64,000 nucleotides of DNA from an uncultured Granulosicoccaceae bacterium (GTDB lineage: Bacteria; Pseudomonadota; Gammaproteobacteria; Granulosicoccales; Granulosicoccaceae): positions 9,219 to 73,218 of the forward strand of contig CALDTX010000070.1 of NCBI GenBank assembly GCA_937923565.1, in the 5' to 3' direction. Under the pieces are notes generated by a model. That model ran no database searches, was not told the DNA's origin, and saw only the letters and a program-made list of their open reading frames with translations. This document shows, piece by piece, positions 1 through 11,279 of this stretch (its first letter is position 1; every line of letters begins with the position of its first letter). The position numbers and the translations under genes were made by a program.

Positions 1-254
1 CATCGAGTGCATGCGATACTTTATAACCAACAGAACATAAACGTGTTTTCAATGCCAGGGCTACACGCTTATCATCTTCAACCAACAATATTTTTTTCAC
101 ATTCTTTCTCCAGCTAGGTTACTGAAGTACTTCGGCGAACGCTATGGTCAGTTTTACTCAGACATTGGTGAATGCTAACCGCTATATGTTAGTCGAGCTT
201 CACACGGTGAATCACTACGCAATCCATGAGTACTTGCCATTAACGTTATTAACT

Positions 255-620
255 TTAAACGTACAAGCAGCTGTCTACTGCTTCAGCTAATTGTGCAGCG
301 TTAAATGGTTTTTCTAAAAAAGCGGTTGCGCCATAGTTATGTGCGCGAACACGCATGGCGCGTTGTTTACTGGCTGTGATGAAAACGATAGGTACCGATG
401 CTAACGACGAACACGATCGCATTCGGTCTGCAACCATAAAGCCATCACCTCCGGGTAAATTAATATCCATAAGGATGAGGTCGGGTTGGCAACGCAGGGT
501 TTCATCCATGGCGTAAACTGCATCGGCTGCGCTGTTTACTTCATAACCCATGGAGCGTAAACGCACGCCCAGGGCTAGTGTGATTTTTCGGTCATCTTCA
601 ATCAGCATGACTTTTTTCAT
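255..620 (-). CDS. Single-domain response regulator receiver (CheY-like)
   Basis: 121 aa with LIEDD acidic pocket, DLILMDINLP phospho-acceptor Asp, FITAS and FLEKP motifs. GAGGAG RBS upstream on the minus strand. Confidence 0.92.
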   Translation of the reverse strand: MKKVMLIEDDRKITLALGVRLRSMGYEVNSAADAVYAMDETLRCQPDLILMDINLPGGDGFMVADRMRSCSSLASVPIVFITASKQRAMRVRAHNYGATAFLEKPFNAAQLAEAVDSCLYV

Positions 621-927
621 AATGTTCTCCTCACTTTTTTATTATTTTTTTTGTGGGAATCGCCAAGTTACGAATAATTTTCGCACTGACCGACAAATCA
701 ATATTTTCTTGAATGTCTTTGGCCCTAACGGCGATCTCCATTATTTGCTTAGGGCGTGGCGCATAGTTGGCTGCCAGTTTGGGGTTACATCGCCAGAACT
801 TGGGTAGCGGTTCGAAATCCGCAGCTGAAATCCACTAGACGGCTGTATCGCTACATAGCATTGGCCGATTAATTGTTTTTCACATTCGAAATAAAAAAAT
901 TGGACTATTTCCTGCATCTGCCTCGGC

Positions 928-1605
928 ATGACCAAGCGATTTTCAACAGCGACTGTGCACCCTAAATCACACACAGGCCTTTATCTGACGGCGTTTCTGA
1001 GCGTTGCGAGCTGCTTGTGTGCGTTCAATTCACACGCCACCACTATCTATAAGTCGATCGATGAAAACGGCAATGTTTTCTATACCGATCAGCCGTTAGA
1101 AGGTGCGACGGCGCTCAATAACAACAACCCTAACAATGCGGCACCGTCTAACCAGCGCTCAGAAGCCCTGGACGATGCGCAGGAAGAAGCACAGCAGGAC
1201 GCTCGCGACAGGGATCTGTCGAATGATCGTGTGGCTATTGCGCCTAACCCGAATAATCAGCCGAAAACAGCGCCGGTGGAAGAGGAAATTGTTTATCCGC
1301 CTGTTAGCCGGGTGGATATCATTAATCCGCAGAACGATGCGTTGTTACTGAATCCGGTGGGTAAGATCTGGGTTGAGCTGCAATCCAGCCCCTCTAATCT
1401 TAAAGAGAGTTTGCTGACAGCTCAGCTGTGGATGAACGGGGCAATGGTGAATTCTGGTAAACGACCTATGCTGGCGTTGCCAATTCCGGAGCGGGGCTCG
1501 CACATGATTCAAATCAAGCTGGTAGACCATAAGAATCGGCTGCGTATGGAGTCGGATGTGGTGGAGTTTCATGTGAAGTTCGATATCGCAGAAACCTCTG
1601 AGTAA
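928..1605 (+). CDS. Exported DUF4124-like protein with C-terminal Ig-like domain
   Basis: Signal peptide (..FNSHA), then TIYKSIDENGNVFYTDQP typical of DUF4124, an Asn/Pro/acidic linker and a beta-rich C-terminus. Such genes commonly precede ntrB. Confidence 0.75.
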   Translation: MTKRFSTATVHPKSHTGLYLTAFLSVASCLCAFNSHATTIYKSIDENGNVFYTDQPLEGATALNNNNPNNAAPSNQRSEALDDAQEEAQQDARDRDLSNDRVAIAPNPNNQPKTAPVEEEIVYPPVSRVDIINPQNDALLLNPVGKIWVELQSSPSNLKESLLTAQLWMNGAMVNSGKRPMLALPIPERGSHMIQIKLVDHKNRLRMESDVVEFHVKFDIAETSE

Positions 1606-1803
1606 CCTACAACGACCTCAGTACAATGGGGATCAATAGCTTAGCAACTATAATTTCTCGCTAAATGATTGTATTTTATAGTTATTTGTTCGCATCCAAG
1701 AACCACCCCCACCCTACTGGGGCAGTTCAGATTACTATGAAACACGCTTTTCCTTGAAACTCAGCATTACCCCTAACCACATTGTGGCCCACACCACTAA
1801 TAA

Positions 1804-1850
1804 CGCACCAAAATAGAACGCCAATCTTTAAAATGCACCATAATAGTGCT
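1804..1850. promoter_or_regulatory. Tandem NtrC-binding sites (enhancer)
   Basis: CGCACCAAAATAGAACG (1804-1820) and TGCACCATAATAGTGCT (1834-1850) match the 17-bp consensus TGCAC-N7-GTGCA. They are 30 bp apart, upstream of ntrB. Confidence 0.75.
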
Positions 1851-1945
1851 TACAATAGAATTAAAATTATCTCTGAATTATTTTAACTCATTGTTTTAAT
1901 TATTATTTATCGCAACAACAACGATTAAACTTCGTACACAAATCA

Positions 1946-1961
1946 GGGTGCGATCTTTGCA
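1946..1961 (+). promoter_or_regulatory. Putative sigma54 -24/-12 promoter
   Basis: GGGTGCGATCTTTGCA has GG-N10-GC spacing with TTGCA. It lies about 100 bp downstream of the NtrC boxes, across an AT-rich spacer. Confidence 0.55.
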
Positions 1962-1976
1962 CCGTAGCTGTATCCC

Positions 1977-3059
1977 ATGATAAATAGCAGCCCTAGCAAC
2001 ATCGACAACCCGTCCGAAGAGGCCAGCATTCTAGATCTGCTGCCCAGCGCTTTATTTCGCCTGGATGAAAACTTCAACGTGGTTTATGTCAATGCAGCCG
2101 CCGAGCAATTGGTGGGGCTGAGCCATACGCGCATTCTGGGTAAACCACTGCACGAATGCATCAGCCTGCCACACGATCTTCTTGGGCGTTTTTGGGAAGT
2201 ACAAAGCAGCGGGCAAGCTATTAGTGACCGCCAAGTCAGCATCGATACCGCCACCCAGAACAGCTTTATTGTGGATTGTATGGTGATGCCGTTTCGCACA
2301 CCCGACGTTCAGAACGCCCTGCTAGTCAAAATCAGCATTTTGGACCGGTCACTAAAAATTGCCAGAGATGGCGCACTGCAAACTCAGCAAGAACATGTGA
2401 TGTCTTTGATGCGTGGCTTAGCCCATGAAATCAAAAATCCCTTGGGTGGGCTTCGTGGTGCCGCGCAGCTATTGCAAAAGCAGCTCGATGATTCTGAGCT
2501 GCATGAGTACACACAAATTATTATCGGCGAGTCCGATCGACTGCAAGTGCTCATTGATCGAATGCTCGGTCCGAACTCACGGCCTAAAAAAGCACTGCTC
2601 AACATTCATGAAGTGCTAGAACACGTGCGAAAAATTACGCGTATCGGCGCACCGCAAAGTGTGTCGTTAACGTTCGACTACGATCCAAGCATCCCTGAGT
2701 TTCTAAGCGATAGAGACCGACTGGTGCAAGTGCTACTGAACATTGCCGGCAATGCCATGCAAGCAATCGGCTCAGACGGCGAGATCGTTTTTAAGTCACG
2801 TGTTATTTCCAATTTCACCATTGCTGGTATTCGACACCCGCTGGTGGCCAGCCTGCAAATTCAAGACAACGGTCCGGGCATTTCTGACGACATGATCGAT
2901 CAGATTTTCTTACCGTTGGTTTCGGGCTCTAGCACGGGCACCGGTTTAGGGTTATCGATTGCTCAAACCATTATGTCGCAACTGGGTGGGCTGATCGAAT
3001 GCACCAGCAAACCCGGCGATACCGTTTTCACCATTTTCATACCTTTGGAATTCCTATGA
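1977..3059 (+). CDS. glnL: Nitrogen regulation sensor kinase NtrB
   Basis: PAS domain, H-box GLAHEIKNPLGGLRGAAQLL, DYDPSIP, DNGPGI and GTGLGL. Directly upstream of ntrC. Confidence 0.95.
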   Translation: MINSSPSNIDNPSEEASILDLLPSALFRLDENFNVVYVNAAAEQLVGLSHTRILGKPLHECISLPHDLLGRFWEVQSSGQAISDRQVSIDTATQNSFIVDCMVMPFRTPDVQNALLVKISILDRSLKIARDGALQTQQEHVMSLMRGLAHEIKNPLGGLRGAAQLLQKQLDDSELHEYTQIIIGESDRLQVLIDRMLGPNSRPKKALLNIHEVLEHVRKITRIGAPQSVSLTFDYDPSIPEFLSDRDRLVQVLLNIAGNAMQAIGSDGEIVFKSRVISNFTIAGIRHPLVASLQIQDNGPGISDDMIDQIFLPLVSGSSTGTGLGLSIAQTIMSQLGGLIECTSKPGDTVFTIFIPLEFL

Positions 3060-4471
3060 ACGCAGAGTACATCTGGGTAATTGACGACGATAAATCCATT
3101 AGATGGGTACTGGAAAAAGCCTTCAAACAGGCAGGCATTGGCGTTAGCACGTTCGAGTCTGCAGACGAAGCGCTGCATATGATCAGAGAAAATGCCGTGC
3201 CGCCTAACGCCGTTATCAGCGATATTCGTATGCCGGGTTCAGACGGTTTATCGTTTTTAAAACAACTGAAAAGCATTCACCCTACGTTGCCAATCTTAAT
3301 CATGACAGCGTACTCCGATCTGGACAGCACTGTTTCAGCGTTTGAAGAAGGTGCGTTTGAATATATCGCCAAACCATTCGATGTCGATGTTGTTATTGAG
3401 CAAACGCGTAAAGCCTGCGAGCAAAGGGTTGATGAGAACAGTATCAGCAGCGCAACCATCACGACCGCAAATTCTGCAGAGCCTAATACCGAATCGCTTA
3501 TTGGTGATGCACCGGCCATGCATGAGGTGTTCAAAGCGATTGGCAGGCTTTCACGCTCTCGCGCAACCGTGTTGATTAATGGAGAGTCTGGTACCGGTAA
3601 GGAATTAATTGCACAGGCCCTGCATCGGCACAGCCCAAGATCAGAACAACCGTTTGTGGCATTGAACATGGCCGCCATTCCACACGATTTAATGGAGTCT
3701 GAGCTTTTCGGTCATGAAAAAGGCGCGTTCACCGGTGCGCAAACTGCACGTGTTGGTCGTTTTGAACAAGCCAACGGCGGTACCTTATTTTTAGATGAAA
3801 TTGGCGACATGCCGGCGAGCTTACAAACCCGATTACTGCGCGTGTTAGCCGACGGCCAGTTCTATCGTGTTGGCGGACATTCGGCGTTAAGGGTCGATGT
3901 GCGCATTATCGCCGCAACTCATCAAAACCTGGAAATACTGGTAGAACGAAAGCTGTTTCGTGAAGATTTATTTCATCGATTAAACGTGATAAGAATTGAA
4001 GCACCACCACTGCGCGACAGACGTGAAGATATTCCTCGACTGCTAAAACATTTTTTAAATAAGGCGGCAAAAGAGCTTAACGAACAAACTAAAACCATGA
4101 CGCTGGAGTTTGAAAACCACATCAGTGCGCTGCCTTGGCCAGGCAATGTTCGACAGTTGGAAAACACCGCTCACTGGTTAACGGTGATGGCCAACAGTGC
4201 AGAGTTGAATATTGAGGATTTACCCAAGAACATCCAAGAGCAAGCGCCCACACTGGAAACCAACTGGGAAACGACATTCAAGCATTGGGCAAATAAACAA
4301 CTGCACGATGGCCATACCAATATTCTGCAATCAGCAACGCAAACGTTTGAGCGTATTTTGATTCAGGCAGCGTTGAATAAAACCCAGGATAAAAGACAGG
4401 AAGCCGCTCGATTACTGGGTTGGGGTAGAAATACCTTAACGCGTAAGATTCGTGATCTGGATATTTCATAA
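3056..4471 (+). CDS. glnG: Nitrogen regulation response regulator NtrC (sigma54 activator)
   Basis: REC ([16 protein letters not shown]), AAA+ ([23 protein letters not shown]), Fis HTH ([15 protein letters not shown]). ATG at 3056 overlaps the ntrB stop (ATGA). Confidence 0.97.
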   Translation: MNAEYIWVIDDDKSIRWVLEKAFKQAGIGVSTFESADEALHMIRENAVPPNAVISDIRMPGSDGLSFLKQLKSIHPTLPILIMTAYSDLDSTVSAFEEGAFEYIAKPFDVDVVIEQTRKACEQRVDENSISSATITTANSAEPNTESLIGDAPAMHEVFKAIGRLSRSRATVLINGESGTGKELIAQALHRHSPRSEQPFVALNMAAIPHDLMESELFGHEKGAFTGAQTARVGRFEQANGGTLFLDEIGDMPASLQTRLLRVLADGQFYRVGGHSALRVDVRIIAATHQNLEILVERKLFREDLFHRLNVIRIEAPPLRDRREDIPRLLKHFLNKAAKELNEQTKTMTLEFENHISALPWPGNVRQLENTAHWLTVMANSAELNIEDLPKNIQEQAPTLETNWETTFKHWANKQLHDGHTNILQSATQTFERILIQAALNKTQDKRQEAARLLGWGRNTLTRKIRDLDIS

Positions 4472-4529
4472 CGCATTGTAGTTATTACTCTATCCATACT
4501 GGCCTGTTTTGCGGCTTTAATTTAAAACG

Positions 4530-5321
4530 TTAATCCCGCAAAACACCCGCACAATTAGCATGCCCTGTCGCCACATCCCACTGGCCATCACGGGTACACG
4601 CCGCCTTAAAAGAACGGTGCACCCGAAACCGACCTGTAGACGGGTTACCGTCATCTAACTTGCGGTCCAACTGCGACAAAATGTTTACCGGAATTTGAGC
4701 ACCTGTGAATATTTCGTGAGCCAAGCCATCGACATCAGCAGCTTGGGCGCTGTAACTGATTTTGTAATAACCGCTGAACGGGTTTTGAGGACATGTACCT
4801 TCTGCGCATTCAACATCAGAAGCGGAGCCTGCACCGTTTTGTTTGCCGTTAAAACTACCGGAGATAAAACCGGCTAGAGCCATTTGTTGCCACACGGCTG
4901 CCCGTTCTGTGCTGTCGTCGATGCGGCCATTGCCATTGCCTTGCATGGCGGCACTGTCTATTTGAGTTTGCGCATTGGAAAAGTCGCCCGGTATGGAGCG
5001 ATAGCGATCCTGGAATGAGTACCAAGCCGCGCGAATACCAGACACATCGGTAGATAGCGAACGAACTCTGGCGCTGTCAATTAAGGCCTGGCCTTTGAAA
5101 ACACCGCCCAATATAAGACCAACAATAACCAGCACAATTGCAATTTCTACCAGCGAGAAACCCGCTTGCGCACACTGATTTTTACGCAGACCTATACGAG
5201 AGATTTCGCCCGAGCTTTTGACCCGGCTTTCATCCGAGATTTCACACGGACCTTTAAAGGGGCTACTAATGGGACTTTTAAACAAATGGCTACCACGAGC
5301 TTTATGATGCAGATCAGACAC
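4530..5321 (-). CDS. Type IV pilin/pseudopilin-like protein (prepilin cleavage/methylation motif)
   Basis: QAG|FSLVEIAIVLVIVGLILGG class III signal. GTG start placed at 5321 behind an AGGAGG RBS. Confidence 0.85.
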   Translation of the reverse strand: MSDLHHKARGSHLFKSPISSPFKGPCEISDESRVKSSGEISRIGLRKNQCAQAGFSLVEIAIVLVIVGLILGGVFKGQALIDSARVRSLSTDVSGIRAAWYSFQDRYRSIPGDFSNAQTQIDSAAMQGNGNGRIDDSTERAAVWQQMALAGFISGSFNGKQNGAGSASDVECAEGTCPQNPFSGYYKISYSAQAADVDGLAHEIFTGAQIPVNILSQLDRKLDDGNPSTGRFRVHRSFKAACTRDGQWDVATGHANCAGVLRD

Positions 5322-5459
5322 AATGACACCTCCTTGTATATTGTTTGTCTGATGATTATTGTTGCACGATTTTAGCGGTAAAGGAAGTTGCTTAAACATT
5401 GCCATTAATACCCTGTTCGTGAAACTCGGATTACATTGTACCCATGCGAGCACACACAA

Positions 5460-6902
5460 TCAAAACGGTGCGCTGCGTGGAACACGTGGGAACGGTATAG
5501 CGTCGCGAATATTTTCCATACCGGTCACGTAATTTACTAATCGCTCAAAGCCTAAACCAAAGCCTGCATGGGGCGCTGTGCCGTAGCGGCGTAAATCGCG
5601 ATACCAATCCAAATGCGTGTCTAAGCCTTGCTCTACTAAACGTTTGTCCAGGTAGTCCAGACGTTCTTCGCGTTGGCTACCGCCGATTATCTCTCCAATA
5701 CCGGGCGCTAAAACATCCATGGCGGCAACGGTTTTTTCATCATCGTTCAAACGCATGTAAAACGCTTTAATCTGTTTGGGGTAGTTCATCAGCACGACCG
5801 GCCGACCTACATGTTCTTCGGTTAAGTAGCGCTCGTGTTCTGATTGTAAATCGGCGCCCCAGCTCACCGGGAATTCAAACGACTTCTTGCAGTTTTCTAA
5901 AATCTTGATAGCGTCGGTGTAATCCATGCGTTCGAATTCTGCGTTTTGCATTTGCTCTAAACGCACAATGGCGTCTTTGTCGACGCGTTGGGCGAAGAAG
6001 GCCATGTCGTCTTCGCATTCATTGAGCACAGCGTTAAACAAGTACTTGAGAAAGTCTTCTGCCAGTGCTGCATTGTCGTTAAGGTCGGCAAAAGCCACTT
6101 CGGGTTCAATCATCCAGAACTCGGCCAAGTGTCTGCTGGTGTTTGAATTTTCGGCACGAAACGTTGGGCCGAAGGTATACACCCTGGACAAGGCCATGGC
6201 ATATGATTCCACATTCAATTGCCCACTCACCGTTAGAAAAGCTTCGGCACCGAAAAAGTCTTTGCCAAAATCAACACTGCCATCGGGCATGCGTGGCGTG
6301 TTCACCATATCTAGTGTGCTGACGCGGAATAGCTCGCCTGCACCTTCGCAATCGCTGGTGGTTATTAACGGTGTGTTTACCCAGTGAAAATGCCGCTCAT
6401 GATAATAACGATGCACAGCTGACGACAAAACAGAACGAACACGACTGATCGCGCCAAAGGCATTGGTTCGCGGCCGTAGATGGGCTACGCTACGTAAGTA
6501 TTCAAACGTGTGGCGTTTTTTGGCTATTGGGTAAGTTTCAGGATCTTCAACCCAACCGATAACGGTCACGCTCGATGCCTGCATTTCTATCGTTTGTCCT
6601 TTACCTTCAGACTCCACCAATTTGCCTTCCACACTGATGGCGCAGCCCGCCGACAAGGCTTGTACGTCGGCATAGTTTTCAAGTGTTGCGTCAATCACAA
6701 TTTGCAGCGCATCGAAACAGGAGCCGTCGTGCAATGCTACAAACGCTATACCCGCTTTCGACTCGCGTTTACTGCGCACCCAACCTTTGAGTTCTAAGGA
6801 GTCGCCCGGTTTGCTGTTGGCTAACACGTCAACAATCAGAGGTCCGTGCAACTCGTTTTGGGAAGAATCGCTTGATGTTGCTGCTGTATTTTTATCAGTC
6901 AT
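5460..6902 (-). CDS. asnS: Asparagine--tRNA ligase
   Basis: OB-fold N-terminus, [34 protein letters not shown] and GFGLGFERL. Confidence 0.98.
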   Translation of the reverse strand: MTDKNTAATSSDSSQNELHGPLIVDVLANSKPGDSLELKGWVRSKRESKAGIAFVALHDGSCFDALQIVIDATLENYADVQALSAGCAISVEGKLVESEGKGQTIEMQASSVTVIGWVEDPETYPIAKKRHTFEYLRSVAHLRPRTNAFGAISRVRSVLSSAVHRYYHERHFHWVNTPLITTSDCEGAGELFRVSTLDMVNTPRMPDGSVDFGKDFFGAEAFLTVSGQLNVESYAMALSRVYTFGPTFRAENSNTSRHLAEFWMIEPEVAFADLNDNAALAEDFLKYLFNAVLNECEDDMAFFAQRVDKDAIVRLEQMQNAEFERMDYTDAIKILENCKKSFEFPVSWGADLQSEHERYLTEEHVGRPVVLMNYPKQIKAFYMRLNDDEKTVAAMDVLAPGIGEIIGGSQREERLDYLDKRLVEQGLDTHLDWYRDLRRYGTAPHAGFGLGFERLVNYVTGMENIRDAIPFPRVPRSAPF

Positions 6903-6974
6903 AAAATTAAACGTGTTATGAAATCCAGTAAAAAGTTGGCGACCCTTACGTTGCTAAATAAACAACGGGCTAGG

Positions 6975-8018
6975 CTAAAACGTACTTACGCTGCCTACCG
7001 GCAATTTCGCATTGTGTTTTCCAGCCATGCGCACGCACAGTAAGTCGAAGGTATCCCACACATCACCGGCTGCATGGCCTTTCACTAGCCGGTCTAAATA
7101 AGTACAGGTGCTCAGCATCGACAACCAGCTGTTCGAATTATGCCGCAATAAGGCTTTTTTAAGTGGCGCTGCGCGGCTTTGCCAAACACCAGCGGACTTT
7201 AAAGCGGCATCGACGTTCTGACCACGCTCGCAAGCTTCAGCAGTACGGGCACCGCTGCGTATTTCCTGACTCAGCGCCCACAGTAATAAGGTGGGCGCGG
7301 TTGCTTCGTCTCGTAGGCCTTGCAATATGCGCACAGCTCTTTGGGTTTGCCCGTTTAATGCAGCCTGAACTAAATCGGTGATCGAATATCGTGCACTGTT
7401 GGCTACGGCACTCAGCACAGCATCGGCACTTAGCTCGCCTTCCGGATACAACAGCGCTAAACGCTCTATTTCCTGACTGGCAGCTAGTAAGTTGCCTTCT
7501 ACGCGTTCGGCAATTAAGGCAATCGCTTCCGGGCTGGCTTGAAGCCCATGCTTAGCCAAGCGCGCCGATAGCCATGCGCCCAGCTGGTTGGCGGCCACCG
7601 GCCACACACCAATGGTAACGCCCACTTTATCCAGCGCTTTAAACCAGGCGCTACTGGTACCGCTTCTGTCTAATTTTGCGCTGGTGACCAATAACAGAAC
7701 ATCGGGAGCCGGATTTTCGCAATATTGTTTGATCACCTCGCTGCCTAAACGGCCCGGTTTACCAGTGGGCAGGCGCAGCTCGATTAAGCGCTTATCGGAA
7801 AACAGCGACATACAATCAGTGGCTTCCCGAAAATCAGCCCAGTCGTCATCTTTCACCGGAAACAGCACTTGCCTTTCGGCATAACCTTCGCTGCTGGCAT
7901 AGGCGCGAATGCTGTCACCGATTTCCATACTTTGCAAGGGTTCGTCACCGTGGATCAGGTAGCTAGGCAATGCACCTTTGGCCAAATGAGCGCTCAGTTT
8001 GTCTGGGTAAATTTTCAT
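6975..8018 (-). CDS. holA: DNA polymerase III delta subunit
   Basis: MKIYPDKL start, YLIHGDEPL, MSLFSDKRLIELRLPTGKPG and VEGNLLAASQEIERL. Confidence 0.93.
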   Translation of the reverse strand: MKIYPDKLSAHLAKGALPSYLIHGDEPLQSMEIGDSIRAYASSEGYAERQVLFPVKDDDWADFREATDCMSLFSDKRLIELRLPTGKPGRLGSEVIKQYCENPAPDVLLLVTSAKLDRSGTSSAWFKALDKVGVTIGVWPVAANQLGAWLSARLAKHGLQASPEAIALIAERVEGNLLAASQEIERLALLYPEGELSADAVLSAVANSARYSITDLVQAALNGQTQRAVRILQGLRDEATAPTLLLWALSQEIRSGARTAEACERGQNVDAALKSAGVWQSRAAPLKKALLRHNSNSWLSMLSTCTYLDRLVKGHAAGDVWDTFDLLCVRMAGKHNAKLPVGSVSTF

Positions 8019-8096
8019 GGGTGTTCTGTGCAGATTTTCATCGCGATTAGCCAGTGTAACGCAGCGCTGAGTTCGAATCAGATAGTACAATACCTG

Positions 8097-9149
8097 ATGG
8101 AAAATGAACTGCAAAAAACGTCAAGTCGCTTCAACGATCCTCTGTTCTACGCGCTCCGCACGCTATTGTTTAAGTTAGATCCGGAAACCGCCCACAACGT
8201 TGCACTCAACAGCGCAAATTTCGCCCCGATAAAATCGCTACTAAGGCGTCGGTACACGGCTCAAACGCAAACTATCGAATACCTCGGCATGCAATTCAAC
8301 AACCGGGTTGGCCTTGCCGCAGGGCTTGACAAAAACGGCGACTATATTGATGCCTTGGGTGCCATGGGTTTTGGATTTATCGAAATTGGCACCGTGACGC
8401 CCAAACCGCAAGCCGGCAATACTAAGCCGAGAATGTTTCGACTGAAAAACCACGAGGCCATTATCAACCGCATGGGGTTTAACAACCTGGGTGTGGATCA
8501 TCTGGTGGCCAAGGCCGAAAAACGCCAATTTAAAGGCCCGCTGGGCATAAACATCGGTAAAAACGCCAGCACCGATTTAAACGATGCTGTAGCGGATTAT
8601 TTGCTGTGTCTCGAACGCGCCTACGCGGTTTCAGACTACATCACCATTAATGTGTCATCACCGAACACACAAGGTCTACGCGACTTACAACACGGCGAGC
8701 GTTTAAAAGAGCTGCTCGACACCATGAAAAACGCACAAGCCAAGCTCAGCACCCAACACGGCAGCTACAAACCCATTCTGGTGAAAATTGCCCCAGACAT
8801 GAGCGAAGACGAACTGCACAGCTTTTGCGACGCGGTTTTGGCCAGCGAAATCGACGGCGTTATCGCCGGCAACACCACCAATAGTCGCGACACCGTGGCC
8901 AGCAGCCCGCATTGCAGCGAGGCTGGCGGGCTCAGCGGCAAGCCATTAATGTCACTGGCAAATGTAGCTTTAGGCGTAGTCGGTACTCGTCTTGCAGGCA
9001 AAGTGGCATTAATTGGTGTGGGCGGCATTAGCGAAGGCCAACACGCAGCCGACAAACTGGCCTTAGGAGCCAATCTTGTGCAGCTCTACACCGGGTTTAT
9101 TTATCATGGGCCAGCGTTGGTTCACGATTGCATCAGGAAAACAACATGA
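8097..9149 (+). CDS. pyrD: Dihydroorotate dehydrogenase (quinone, class 2)
   Basis: LDPETAH, GLAAGLDKNG, GTVTPKPQAGN, INRMGFNN, INVSSPNT and GGLSGKP. Start position approximate. Confidence 0.96.
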   Translation: MENELQKTSSRFNDPLFYALRTLLFKLDPETAHNVALNSANFAPIKSLLRRRYTAQTQTIEYLGMQFNNRVGLAAGLDKNGDYIDALGAMGFGFIEIGTVTPKPQAGNTKPRMFRLKNHEAIINRMGFNNLGVDHLVAKAEKRQFKGPLGINIGKNASTDLNDAVADYLLCLERAYAVSDYITINVSSPNTQGLRDLQHGERLKELLDTMKNAQAKLSTQHGSYKPILVKIAPDMSEDELHSFCDAVLASEIDGVIAGNTTNSRDTVASSPHCSEAGGLSGKPLMSLANVALGVVGTRLAGKVALIGVGGISEGQHAADKLALGANLVQLYTGFIYHGPALVHDCIRKTT

Positions 9150-10102
9150 CGCACTACGATGTATTCAATGGCGATGCCGACGGTATTTGCGCATTGCACC
9201 AGCTTCGCTTGGCTGACCCGAAAAGCAGCCAACTGATCACCGGTGTAAAGCGCGATATCGACCTATTGAAACAGGTGGATGCAGCGAACGCAGACAGCGT
9301 TACCGTACTGGATGTTTCTTTTGATAAGAACCGAGCCGCCCTTTTGCCGTTGTTGGATGCCAATGTACCGGTTGCGTATTTTGATCATCACTTTGCAGGC
9401 GACATACCCGACCACGAAAAGCTCAACACCCATATCGATACCGACGCCAACACCTGCACCGGCCTGATTGTTAACGCACATTTAAACGGTGCTTATTTGG
9501 CATGGGCTGTGACTGCAGCATTTGGCGATAACTTGTTCCAATCGGCGGCCACTGCAGCTGAGCCATTAAACTTAAATAAAGAACAGTTGAACCAACTCAA
9601 AACACTGGGCACTTTGCTGAACTACAACGGCTACGGCAGCTCCTTAGAAGATCTGTTCTTTCCACCTGCTGAGCTGTACAAACGTATTTCGCCGTACGAG
9701 AATCCGATGGACTTTATCAGTAATGACGATGCCTACGTAACACTTGCACAAGGCTACGAAAGTGATATGCAAAAGGCGCAAAGCACAAAGCCCATGGATG
9801 CCGACGACAAAACTGCGCTGTTTATTTTCCCCGAACAAGCCTTTGCCAGACGCGTTAGCGGAGTTTACGCCAACGACTTAGCCCAACAAAACCCGGACAG
9901 AGCACATGCCATGCTCAGCTCATTACCGGGTGATGGTTATTTGGTTAGTGTTAGAGCGCCGCTGAATAACAAAACCGGTGCTGATGAGCTATGCCGACAG
10001 TTCGATACCGGCGGTGGTAGAAAGGCGGCGGCTGGTATTAACTTCTTGCCTAAAGCCGGATTGGATGACTTTAATGCGGCGTTTAAAAAGCAATTTAGTT
10101 AA
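9146..10102 (+). CDS. DHH-family phosphoesterase
   Basis: FNGDADG, VLD, YFDHH and C-terminal TGGGRKAAAG (DHHA1-like). ATGA overlap with the pyrD stop. Confidence 0.85.
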   Translation: MTHYDVFNGDADGICALHQLRLADPKSSQLITGVKRDIDLLKQVDAANADSVTVLDVSFDKNRAALLPLLDANVPVAYFDHHFAGDIPDHEKLNTHIDTDANTCTGLIVNAHLNGAYLAWAVTAAFGDNLFQSAATAAEPLNLNKEQLNQLKTLGTLLNYNGYGSSLEDLFFPPAELYKRISPYENPMDFISNDDAYVTLAQGYESDMQKAQSTKPMDADDKTALFIFPEQAFARRVSGVYANDLAQQNPDRAHAMLSSLPGDGYLVSVRAPLNNKTGADELCRQFDTGGGRKAAAGINFLPKAGLDDFNAAFKKQFS

Positions 10103-10225
10103 AAACGAATAGCCGAAGGTTTGCAATTTACAAAAATTGTCACGGCTTAGCAAAAACGATATTGCCGGGTTATCAAAGAGTCCGCTTACAAACCACACGC
10201 GGCTTAACCCACCAGTAAGTTATCG

Positions 10226-11149
10226 TTATAGCCGCATCAACGTTTTAACATGCAAGCTGGCACTTCTTGCCAGCGCTGTTAATGAATACCCACCTTCGAG
10301 CATCGATACAATGCGCCCTTGCGAGTGCGTATCGGCGATGTTCATAATTTCACGGGTAATCCATGCAAAGTCGTTATCCATTAATGCTAAACCTGCCAAC
10401 GGGTCTTCAATGTGCGCATCGAAACCTGCGCTGATAAAAATAGCTTGAGGTTTAAACTGCTCTAACGCTGGCAGCCATTGCTCGGAGATTTCATCGCGAA
10501 ACACTTCACTGCCTGTACCGGCGGCTAACGGTACATTGACTCGTTGACCAAAAACCGAGGGCCGATAACTGCCCGGATAAAACGGGTACTGAAAAGACGA
10601 GCAAAACAAAATTTGTTCATCGCCATCTACGATGTCTTCTGTGCCGTTGCCGTGATGCACATCGAAGTCGACGATGGCAACACGCTCCAAACCGTGCGCT
10701 TTAATGGCATGCCTGGCAGCAATCGCTATGTTGCCGAAAAAACAAAAACCCATCGCTTGGGTTTTTTCGGCGTGGTGTCCTGGTGGTCTCACTAAACAGA
10801 AGGCGTTTTCAACTTCGCCACCCATGACTTTATCGGTAGCTAATAGGCCTGCGCCAACGCCTCTTAAAGCCGCATTTAAAGAATGCGGATTCATAGCGGT
10901 ATCGGCATCGATTTGCACCGAGCCTGAACTGGGGGCACTATCCACTATCGATTGCACATAGCTTTCCGGGTGGGCTGAATAGGCTGCGCTGGGTTCAGCT
11001 AACGGCGCATCGAAATGCACCAGATAATCGTACAGATTCTCTTTTTTTAGCAGATCCAACACAGCGCCAATGCGCTGCGGGCTTTCCGGGTGCCCGAGAG
11101 AAATTTCGTGAAGCACACAATCTGGGTGCGTAATAAGTGCGGTTGCCAT
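10226..11149 (-). CDS. Zn-dependent histone deacetylase-family protein
   Basis: HPESPQR, RPPGHHA, MGFCFFGN, DFDVHHGNGT, SAGFDAH and LEGGY. Confidence 0.95.
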   Translation of the reverse strand: MATALITHPDCVLHEISLGHPESPQRIGAVLDLLKKENLYDYLVHFDAPLAEPSAAYSAHPESYVQSIVDSAPSSGSVQIDADTAMNPHSLNAALRGVGAGLLATDKVMGGEVENAFCLVRPPGHHAEKTQAMGFCFFGNIAIAARHAIKAHGLERVAIVDFDVHHGNGTEDIVDGDEQILFCSSFQYPFYPGSYRPSVFGQRVNVPLAAGTGSEVFRDEISEQWLPALEQFKPQAIFISAGFDAHIEDPLAGLALMDNDFAWITREIMNIADTHSQGRIVSMLEGGYSLTALARSASLHVKTLMRL

Positions 11150-11279
11150 AGGAAAAAAATATGATTGCCAGAGAAGCAATATAACAGCAGAAGCGCATCG
11201 AGGCTAACTATTCCATGGCAATACCTTTAGGAAGCGCTTACACAACACAATCACAGAGCGACTAAGGTACTATAAATGG

